DNA of 64,000 nt, taken from Bdellovibrionota bacterium (lineage in GTDB: Bacteria > Bdellovibrionota_C > UBA2361 > JAAYZI01). Positions 52,504 to 60,117 of this stretch are shown here, one piece after another. The stretch spans positions 320,001-384,000 of the forward strand of contig JBMNIF010000003.1 of assembly GCA_050950765.1 (NCBI GenBank). Reading direction: 5' to 3'. The translations under genes and the position numbers were made by a program. Each line of letters starts with the position of its first letter. Positions within the stretch are counted from its first letter, which is position 1. The notes under the pieces were generated by a model. The model made no database searches and was not told the origin of the DNA. It saw only the letters and a program-made list of their open reading frames with translations.

Positions 52504-53369
52504 ATTATCTTCTTGATATTGGAATCATGATCGGCATCTATTGCATGCTTGCTTACTCAGCTAATTTACTGCTGGGGTTTGGCGGATTATTAACCATGAC
52601 TCAAGCGGCATTTTACGGAATGGGAGCTTACGTATATGCATTACTTTCACTTCACTATCACCTACCGTTTGTTGTAACTCTACTTTGTGCAATAGCTTTT
52701 TGTGCAATCATCGGCTGGCTTTTTGGTCTTGCTGTGCTTCGCTTCAGGAATGAGACATTTGTTCTTGCTACCATCGGTTTTCAGATGATTGTCTTCGTTA
52801 TCCTGTATAACTGGATAGACTTAACAAAAGGCCCTTATGGCATTTCTGGTATTCCAAAACCGTCATTCTTTGGAGTAACGATAGAAAGTGTTCCTCAATT
52901 TTTTGTCTTTACTACGGTATTATCTCTAATTGTGGTGGGATTCTGGGCTCTAATCTACCGTAGTTCGTATGCCCTAACTCTCAAAGCCTTAAGAGATAAT
53001 GAGAAAGCGGCGCAAACGTTAGGGATTTCACCTAGACAACAATATATCCGCGCCATGATCATAAGTAGCGCCATCACAGCCATCCCCGGTGTCTGTTTTG
53101 CCGCTTACGTAACATACATTGATCCAACACCGTTTATTTTACAGGAGAGCATTTTTATCGCATCAATTTTATTAGTGGGAGGCTCTGGAAATCTTAAGGG
53201 ACCAATCTGCGGCGTTCTATTCTTACTAATACTTCCTGTAATACTCCGTTTCATTGGAATTCCAGATGTAGTAGCTGACAATATGCGAGAGATTATTTAC
53301 GGCATCTTGTTGATCCTCTTAATGTACTTCAAGCCACAAGGTCTAGCGGGAGATTATGCAATCGAATGA
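52500..53369 (+). CDS. LIV-type ABC permease (LivM-like), second cluster
   Basis: NLLLGFGG, AAFYGMGAY, NWIDLTKGPYG, KPQGLAG. Confidence 0.88.
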   Translation: MNYLLDIGIMIGIYCMLAYSANLLLGFGGLLTMTQAAFYGMGAYVYALLSLHYHLPFVVTLLCAIAFCAIIGWLFGLAVLRFRNETFVLATIGFQMIVFVILYNWIDLTKGPYGISGIPKPSFFGVTIESVPQFFVFTTVLSLIVVGFWALIYRSSYALTLKALRDNEKAAQTLGISPRQQYIRAMIISSAITAIPGVCFAAYVTYIDPTPFILQESIFIASILLVGGSGNLKGPICGVLFLLILPVILRFIGIPDVVADNMREIIYGILLILLMYFKPQGLAGDYAIE

Positions 53370-54163
53370 AAACGAATAACACTACAAATCATAACGCTCC
53401 AAAACTTGTCACACACGGCGTTTCTAAGTTTTTTGGCGATATAAGAGCGCTTCACAATATCGATATAACGATCTTCCCAAGTAAGATATCGGCGTTTGTC
53501 GGCCCAAACGGAGCAGGAAAAACAACCTTGTTTCATGTTCTTAGTGGAGATCTGAAGCCAGATAGCGGAAACATTATCTTTAATGGAGAAGAGATAGCGG
53601 GGCTTTCACCTTGGAAGATCGCAAGAAGAAAAATAGGAAAATTGTATCAAGATGTTCGTGTTTTTAAAGATATGACTCTTTGTGAAAACGTTCAAGTTGC
53701 CCTACTCTCCGAAACGGAGTACCGACTGACATCTGCCTTTTCTCTATTAAATGATCGTGAAAAGAAACATAAGGAAGAGGCGCTGTACTGGCTAGAATAT
53801 GTTGGATTGGCTGATCTAGCGAACGATCAAGCGGGTAAACTTTCCTACGGTCAACAAAAGCTACTATCGATAGCGCGACTTATTGCCCACAAATCTCGTC
53901 TACTCCTTCTAGATGAACCAACTGCTGCTTTATCACCTGTAATGATACAAAAGATGATAGAGCTGATTCGGAAATTAGTTCTCGAACAAAATTGCTCGGT
54001 AGCGTTAATTGAACACAATATGAATGTCGTTAAGGAATTGGCGCACTATACTTATTTCATGCATGAAGGAAGTATATTTTGTCACGGAACGCAGGAATCT
54101 GTTTTGGAAAATTCTGAAGTTCGAGAGCTCTATATGGGGCTTACGGGGAGCGCTAAGAGATGA
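53366..54163 (+). CDS. LIV-type ABC ATP-binding protein (LivG-like), second cluster
   Basis: GPNGAGKTT, LSYGQQKLL, LLLDEP, IEHNM. Confidence 0.9.
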   Translation: MKTNNTTNHNAPKLVTHGVSKFFGDIRALHNIDITIFPSKISAFVGPNGAGKTTLFHVLSGDLKPDSGNIIFNGEEIAGLSPWKIARRKIGKLYQDVRVFKDMTLCENVQVALLSETEYRLTSAFSLLNDREKKHKEEALYWLEYVGLADLANDQAGKLSYGQQKLLSIARLIAHKSRLLLLDEPTAALSPVMIQKMIELIRKLVLEQNCSVALIEHNMNVVKELAHYTYFMHEGSIFCHGTQESVLENSEVRELYMGLTGSAKR

Positions 54164-54894
54164 CAGAAAAGAAAATTCAAATAGAGAAAAAGATCCTCTC
54201 ACTACAAGATCTTTATTGTGGCTACGGAACGCGTCCCGTATTAAAAGGGATCAATTTTATAGTTCACAAAGGTGAAAGTGTCCTACTAGCTGGACCTAAC
54301 GGTTGCGGAAAATCTACTTTGTTAAAAGCGATCGCTGGTGTAGTTCCTCTCTCTTCCGGAACAATTTCGTTTAACGGTGCTGTGCTTGATCACAATTCCA
54401 TCGAAGAGCGAATTAATTCTGGAATCGGTTATCTGCGACAGACAGGCAATATCTTCCCCAGTCAGACAGTAAGCGAAAATCTACGCCTTTCTGGCTTGAC
54501 TCTAACAACTAAGGAATTTAGCTCCGCACTGGAACGAGTTTTAGCTCTTTTTGATTTTTTGCGGAACCGCTTGGAAGACCGCGCGGGAACATTATCTGGT
54601 GGTCAACGTCAAGCTCTTGCGATTGCGATGGTCTTACTACATAAGCGTAAGTTGTATCTCTTCGACGAGCCGACCGCTGGCTTAGCTCCAAAAGCGGCAA
54701 GGGACATCATTGAAAGGATTCGCCGCTTCTCTAAAGAAGATTCTGAACAATCCGTAGTGATTGTAGAGCACCGTCTTGAGCTCTTGGATTGGGTTGATCG
54801 TGCCGTTATATTGCTTCAAGGCGAGGTCAAAGTTGAAAGCGAGGATGCTAGTCAATTTTTAAATCCTGAATGGCTGGCTAAACACTACTTTTAA
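54160..54894 (+). CDS. LIV-type ABC ATP-binding protein (LivF-like), second cluster
   Basis: GPNGCGKST, AGTLSGGQRQ, FDEPTAGLAP, IVEH. Confidence 0.9.
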   Translation: MTEKKIQIEKKILSLQDLYCGYGTRPVLKGINFIVHKGESVLLAGPNGCGKSTLLKAIAGVVPLSSGTISFNGAVLDHNSIEERINSGIGYLRQTGNIFPSQTVSENLRLSGLTLTTKEFSSALERVLALFDFLRNRLEDRAGTLSGGQRQALAIAMVLLHKRKLYLFDEPTAGLAPKAARDIIERIRRFSKEDSEQSVVIVEHRLELLDWVDRAVILLQGEVKVESEDASQFLNPEWLAKHYF

Positions 54895-55327
54895 ACACAC
54901 TACCTTTAAAGGAAGCAGCTAAGCATTCTCTAACTACCGTGCTATCTATCGTGTCGGTGCGCTTACCCCCTAACTTTCCTGACTTCCGAGTGTGGACACC
55001 TTTTTTTAGGATAAATTTTCAAATAATCTTAACAAATTTTTTAATTTTGAGTTAAAAAAGAATTTAAAAATTCCTATTTACAACATCACCTCAACACCTC
55101 TACTTGTCCTAGTTGTCTTTCTCTTTTTCGCAATCTCCGTAACAGTGTATTTTAAAAGGTACCTTCCCCCCTAGACGCTTAAAAAAAGTGGGGTGCTACT
55201 GGAGGAGAATCTAGTGAGGCGTTTTATCTAGAAATTTTTAATTTATGTAGAAAAGGTAAAGATATCCATAAAACGCTTAGAAAGATCTCGCCCTTTAAAG
55301 CTATCATACTGAATCTGTTATAATTTT

Positions 55328-55356
55328 TTTACATAAAAAATGAAGCATTTTATAAG
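55328..55356 (+). promoter_or_regulatory. Putative sigma70 promoter of the structured-RNA/ORF unit
   Basis: TTTACA-N17-TATAAG, ending ~22 nt before the first long-range helix strand at 55379. Confidence 0.5.
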
Positions 55357-55378
55357 TTAGAGCCGATATGAGTTTTGT

Positions 55379-56212
55379 AAGATAAGGGCTTGGGTAGAAG
55401 TGTTTTGTGAAGGATTTTAAATGTATTCATTCACACGTCCATTTCAGGGATCTCCTGTTTTTTCATAAAGAGACCTTTTTACTGATGAGCCATCTCTGTT
55501 TAGTTTTTTAACTTGATAGAGATGGCTCATCGGTTGGTTATATCTGAAGTTCAGGTGTAGCCGGTGGTCATCTCGGCAAAACCGAGAACAATCAAAACAT
55601 TACTTTTCGGCAATGCCGAGAAAAGGAAGTTATCATGGCGAAAATCAAGAAAAGAACGTTCGCAATTATTGTCCCTAAAAATCGGAGAGAGTTCCGTGAA
55701 GAGCGAGGTCTCAACGAGGTCTGCGAAAGTGAGGTTTTGGAAGCGTTCAGAGGTTTTTTGGCAAAATATAACATCCAAGACGTTTTTTGTAACATCGAAA
55801 TGGGTGACTGGCAAGGAAAGACGGCGGAGGAAAGGGACCACCAACTGAGTGGTTCGCTTGAAAACGTTACAACTAGGAAAGGGTATAAGCTTGTCAACGC
55901 ACTGGCAAGGCACATCTACAACGAACTGGATACCGACTGTGTCGATGTTCATTATAAGGTGAACTCGTATGAGGACGGCGTCTGGTCTATTAACCAACAA
56001 GGTCGAAAAAGAGAAGGGGAGTAGAAATTGGAGGAATAGATTGGTAACAACCTAATCCATCCGAACCGCCCCGAGGCCTTAAAGGGTTCTTCTGAATACC
56101 TTAAGACCTCGGTCGCCTGATGGAAATGAGTGAATACAAGACCGAAACGAAGGCCCAAGAGGTTTTTAATCTCAAAGGTTTCCCGCCAAGCTCTTGTCTT
56201 CACCCCTTTTTT
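55379..56212 (+). ncRNA. Putative highly structured RNA with 5'-3' long-range closing helices, enclosing a 129-aa ORF
   Basis: 55379-55393 pairs with 56186-56200 (15 bp, 2 G-U). 55422-55448 pairs with 56116-56138 (12 bp + 4 bp + 5 bp). Local hairpins at 55481-55534, 55536-55562, 55571-55587, 55604-55622, 56030-56062 and 56071-56112. T-tract follows the closing helix. Confidence 0.6.
55635..56024 (+). CDS. Hypothetical 129-aa protein with SAM-lyase/DUF3574-like ferredoxin-fold motifs
   Basis: AAGGAAG RBS. Pattern G-D-W...A-E-E...ALARHIYNELDTDCVDVHYK. The family resemblance is by eye only. Confidence 0.6.
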   Translation: MAKIKKRTFAIIVPKNRREFREERGLNEVCESEVLEAFRGFLAKYNIQDVFCNIEMGDWQGKTAEERDHQLSGSLENVTTRKGYKLVNALARHIYNELDTDCVDVHYKVNSYEDGVWSINQQGRKREGE

Positions 56213-56461
56213 ATTCTTTTATTAAATTTAATTTAACAAGCTCTATCTCTATAAATCTTACTTCTTATACAATACCAACACACCTTTTAACGCCTTAATA
56301 CTTTTAAGAGTTTTTTAAGAGTTGCACCAAGAAAAATATCTACCCTCTGCCGATACTACTTCATCTTTACTTCTTAATAACAACATCAAAAAACCTTAAT
56401 AACTTTTAAAGCTAAAATAAAAACACACCAATAAAAAAAGCCTCCTCCTTCCCCTTATCCT

Positions 56462-57334
56462 TTACTTAACATGCTCTCTGGCGTGATATGAACTTCTAAC
56501 AAAGGGGGCGGACTCAACAAAGAGAAAGCCTCGTTTTAATCCTTCCTGTTTATACTCCTCGAAGTGTTGCGGTGTTATGTATTCCTTTACCGGTAGCTGC
56601 TGATCTGATGGACGTAGGTATTGACCGATAGTCATTATATCGACTTCAACGTCTCTTAAATCATCCATCAGAGATAAGACCTCCTCCTTAGTCTCTGAAA
56701 GCCCCACCATAATTCCAGACTTTGTACGGAGATTAGGGTTAATCTCTTTTGCCCACCGTAAAATATTAAGAGATCTCTGATAATCGCCTTGCGGTCTAAC
56801 ACGGGGATAAAGCCGCTTAACCGTTTCAAGATTGTGATTCAATATATTAATTCCCGCCTCTAAGATAGTAGTCAGATCTACTTTACTCCCTAACAGATCT
56901 GAAATAAGTAGCTCAACGGTACAACTCGGTGCCTCTTTATGAATAGCACGCACAGTCTTAGCGTAGTGTTCAGCACCACCATCCGGCAAATCATCACGTG
57001 TGACCGAAGTAATAACGGCGTGTTTTAAACCCAGCTGCTTAACAGCTTCTCCAACCTTTTGCGGCTCAGTAGCATCAGGTAAAGGTAGCGTTTGCCCTAA
57101 GGCGTGTTTTACTGCACAGAAAGAACAGGCACGGGTACAAGTTTCGCCAAGAATTAAAAACGTTGCAGTTCTCGATCCCCAACACTCCCCTATATTCGGA
57201 CAACGCGCCTCCTTACAAACTGTATGCAGCTTTAAGGAATCAACTAATTTCTGCACTTCGATATAATCGTGTGAACCTGGAGCTTGAACTTTTAACCACT
57301 TCGGTTTTCGTAACGGTACTGAAGAACTATCCAT
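56462..57334 (-). CDS. lipA: Lipoyl synthase
   Basis: RKPKWLK, CKEARCPNIGEC (Cx4Cx5C), CTRACSFC, VRSSYHA. Confidence 0.97.
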   Translation of the reverse strand: MDSSSVPLRKPKWLKVQAPGSHDYIEVQKLVDSLKLHTVCKEARCPNIGECWGSRTATFLILGETCTRACSFCAVKHALGQTLPLPDATEPQKVGEAVKQLGLKHAVITSVTRDDLPDGGAEHYAKTVRAIHKEAPSCTVELLISDLLGSKVDLTTILEAGINILNHNLETVKRLYPRVRPQGDYQRSLNILRWAKEINPNLRTKSGIMVGLSETKEEVLSLMDDLRDVEVDIMTIGQYLRPSDQQLPVKEYITPQHFEEYKQEGLKRGFLFVESAPFVRSSYHAREHVK

Positions 57335-58290
57335 TATTTTTTTCCTACTTTAAATATACGAGAGATGGCGAAGGTGAGTTTCTCTTTAAACGTATCTTTT
57401 TGCAATTTTTCACTATCAAGCGTGCTATGCGAGGGTGCGGCCTCCGCAGAATCTTCAAATTTCTCCCCTACTTTAAGCATCATCTGAGTAATGCGAGAAA
57501 AGAGCTCTTGACGGGGTGGTTGCAAAGTTTTCGGAACGAACTTCTCCGGCATTTTAAATGGCGTAGGTCTACAACCATCACAATAACCACCACCGTTAGA
57601 TCCGTACTGAGTTTTTTTACCACAGGCACGACACTGCGTTAAAAAGTGCTTCACCTCCGGCTTGGCATTGATGATAAGGATAGCTGCAATTGTAAAATAT
57701 CCGATAAAACTTCTTTGAGAGATGAGCCCCATTAAACACAATACGGCAGATCCGATTGAAAGGATCTTCGGTATCACGATCCGTGCCATACAGATAAGTT
57801 GAATCTGCTCTAAACTTAAATTCGTTGTTGTCGTTATTCCTTTATCAGAAGTGTCACGTTTAATCATCATATCATAGATCTGCCAAGCGATAACGAGATA
57901 ACCGACAAATTGAAATAGCGCGACAGTATATGTTTTTTGTCGGTAATACACCTGATAAAGCGGCATAATAATTGAGACGATAAAGACCACTATTATCAAA
58001 ACATACCCAACTTTTTTGCGGTACTTTGCAAAAAAGAGATTGATCTCTTTTGTCCACAAAATACTCTTTAAAACCAAATCATGATTAGCTGTGAAAAGAG
58101 CTACTAACAGTAGCGGAAGTAAGAAAAGATACCCTCTCCCACCGTTCTCAACCTGCTCTGCTGAAAAAGAGAGGCAGAGTAGATCAAGAGGAAGGGTATA
58201 AAAGAATATTACCCATAGTAACGCAATCGGACGAAGAAGCTTTTCCGTTTTTTGCAGTTGTGGATCTTTTACTATTTCAGGAGTTGGCAT
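57334..58290 (-). CDS. Hypothetical multi-pass membrane protein with C-terminal zinc-ribbon-like motif
   Basis: About 6 hydrophobic segments followed by CRAC-x12-CDGC. Translationally coupled to lipA. Confidence 0.7.
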   Translation of the reverse strand: MPTPEIVKDPQLQKTEKLLRPIALLWVIFFYTLPLDLLCLSFSAEQVENGGRGYLFLLPLLLVALFTANHDLVLKSILWTKEINLFFAKYRKKVGYVLIIVVFIVSIIMPLYQVYYRQKTYTVALFQFVGYLVIAWQIYDMMIKRDTSDKGITTTTNLSLEQIQLICMARIVIPKILSIGSAVLCLMGLISQRSFIGYFTIAAILIINAKPEVKHFLTQCRACGKKTQYGSNGGGYCDGCRPTPFKMPEKFVPKTLQPPRQELFSRITQMMLKVGEKFEDSAEAAPSHSTLDSEKLQKDTFKEKLTFAISRIFKVGKK

Positions 58291-58423
58291 CTGTTCCCTT
58301 TTTTACAATTCTGGCACTATCAATCAACTGATATTTAAAGTTAATATCACACAACTTGAATCGACTGAATGACATAAAATATGTTAATACAAACAATCTC
58401 TTTTCTAAACATTTAGAGTTATT

Positions 58424-59758
58424 ATGGATTTAAATAAAAACGAGAGATATCTGAGTGTTACTCAATTAAGTCAGATCTTAAATCAAGTTCTGGAAGAGGA
58501 TCTGGGGGAGGTTACCTTTCAAGGTGAGATCTCGGAGTTTACCTGTGCACAAAGTGGGCACTGCTATTTTACGATCAAAGACCAACAAAGCCAGTTAAGC
58601 GCCGTTATGTGGCGTTCAGTATCTTCTCGTTTGAAGTTTCATCCTAAATGTGGCGATCTGGTAGTCTGCACAGGTATTTTTAACGTTTATAACAAGACAG
58701 GACGTATACAAGTTATCTTGCAACGCATGGTGCCAGCTGGCGAAGGTGAACTTAAACAGAAGTTTGAAGAATTAAAACTTAAACTGGAACGAGAAGGGCT
58801 TTTTGCGCAGGAAAGAAAACGCCCCATTCCGTTCTTCCCGAAAGGTGTCGGAGTTGTAACTTCAAAAAGTGGTGCCGTCATCCACGATATCATGACAAAA
58901 ATACATGAGCGCCTACCGAATATGCAGGTCTATCTGGTAGATGCACGGGTACAGGGAGAGGGTGCCGCACAAGAGATCGCGCGAGGCGTGGAGCTACTGA
59001 ATAGATCTAACCTCGTTGATGTGATTATTGTAGCGCGTGGCGGCGGGTCTCTCGAAGATCTCTGGGCGTTCAATGAAGAGCCACTTGTTAGAGCTGTTTT
59101 TGCCTCACGTATACCAGTTATCTCAGGGGTGGGACATGAAGTTGATTTTTCGCTCTGTGATATGGCGGCCGATCTACGCGCACCAACTCCAACAGCAGCA
59201 GCTGAGATGGCGGTGCCGAAAAAAGTTGACCTGCTGCAAGACCTTTCTGAAATTCAAAAACAACTACTTAATTACGATCGTTGGCTGCAACCACTAAACC
59301 AGAACCTTGATGAGGTCTCTTCTCGTTTTAATCAGCACCTATCAATAACGATGCGAGAGGCTGAGATGAACTTAACTACCCTTAAAGTACGCATTAACGC
59401 CCTGCATCCACACCATATTATTAAGAACAACGATCTGCGCCTACAAACGTTAGCGCACGAGCTGCAAGCGCTAATAAAGAAAAAGATCTTACACTGTGAA
59501 CGTGAAGTGAATCATTTCAATACTCGTTGGAGTGCAATAGATCCGCAACTTAAGATTAATTTAGAAGTTGCCAAGCTCTCAGGGATGGTGGCACGCTTAA
59601 AAAATCTTGCGCCGCAACGAGTCTTACAACGTGGTTACGCCTTAGTTGAAAGTGAACACGGTATTGTGCGAGATTCAAAATCGTTAGCAGTAGGGGATAA
59701 ATTAAAGATAACTGTTGCACAAGGAAAGATCGCTGCAACTGTTAACGGTGAATATTAA
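58424..59758 (+). CDS. xseA: Exodeoxyribonuclease VII large subunit
   Basis: QGEISEF...SGHCYFTIKD, IIVARGGGSLEDLWAFNEE, SGVGHEVD, RAPTPTAAAE. Confidence 0.97.
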   Translation: MDLNKNERYLSVTQLSQILNQVLEEDLGEVTFQGEISEFTCAQSGHCYFTIKDQQSQLSAVMWRSVSSRLKFHPKCGDLVVCTGIFNVYNKTGRIQVILQRMVPAGEGELKQKFEELKLKLEREGLFAQERKRPIPFFPKGVGVVTSKSGAVIHDIMTKIHERLPNMQVYLVDARVQGEGAAQEIARGVELLNRSNLVDVIIVARGGGSLEDLWAFNEEPLVRAVFASRIPVISGVGHEVDFSLCDMAADLRAPTPTAAAEMAVPKKVDLLQDLSEIQKQLLNYDRWLQPLNQNLDEVSSRFNQHLSITMREAEMNLTTLKVRINALHPHHIIKNNDLRLQTLAHELQALIKKKILHCEREVNHFNTRWSAIDPQLKINLEVAKLSGMVARLKNLAPQRVLQRGYALVESEHGIVRDSKSLAVGDKLKITVAQGKIAATVNGEY

Positions 59759-59788
59759 AACTGAATATTTAAAATAGATGAGGTAAGG

Positions 59789-60076
59789 ATGGCAGGAAAA
59801 AAACAGAGTGGAAAAATGACACTTCAAAATCTATTAGATGCTAAAGATTTTGAAGCTCAGATTAAACAATTAAATTATGAAGACGGTTTAGCTTTAGTGG
59901 AAGCTCTCTTAAATAGTGTAGAGTCAGGCGAGCTGGCACTAGAGCAATCTATAACTTCATACGAAAAAGGGATGGCGTTAGTTAAGCACTTACGTGGACT
60001 TCTAGCAGGAGCTGAGGAAAGGCTAAAAGTCCTAAAAGACTCTGAAGATGGGATAAAAATAGAAGACTTCGAATAA
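59789..60076 (+). CDS. xseB: Exodeoxyribonuclease VII small subunit
   Basis: YEDGLALVEALLNSVESGELALEQSITSYEKGMAL...L..AEERL, directly after xseA. Confidence 0.9.
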   Translation: MAGKKQSGKMTLQNLLDAKDFEAQIKQLNYEDGLALVEALLNSVESGELALEQSITSYEKGMALVKHLRGLLAGAEERLKVLKDSEDGIKIEDFE

Positions 60077-60117
60077 GCAAAAAAGGTAAGGAGAGTGTGA
60101 GAAAGGTAGCAACTCTC

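Noticed and set aside
54905..54930. SRP RNA (AGGAAGCAGC motif)
   Set aside because: It lacks the upstream TCAGG/GNRA half of helix 8 and a long enclosing stem.
55482..55534. Hammerhead ribozyme (CTGATGAG core)
   Set aside because: The stem after CUGAUGA is not followed by GAAA, and the CUGAUGA itself is paired within a long hairpin.
55551..56203. Alternative overlapping ORFs (55551-56000 -, 55564-55848 +, 55592-55915 -, 55952-56203 -)
   Set aside because: They have no convincing RBS or motifs. The 55635-56024 frame has the RBS and fits the promoter and RNA orientation. Their number probably reflects the locally higher GC.
55379..56212. Group I/II intron, rRNA intervening sequence or MITE
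   Set aside because: There is no interrupted host gene or rRNA, no GUGCG/domain V or P7 consensus, and no target-site duplication. The terminal complementarity relies on G-U pairs rather than DNA-perfect inverted repeats.
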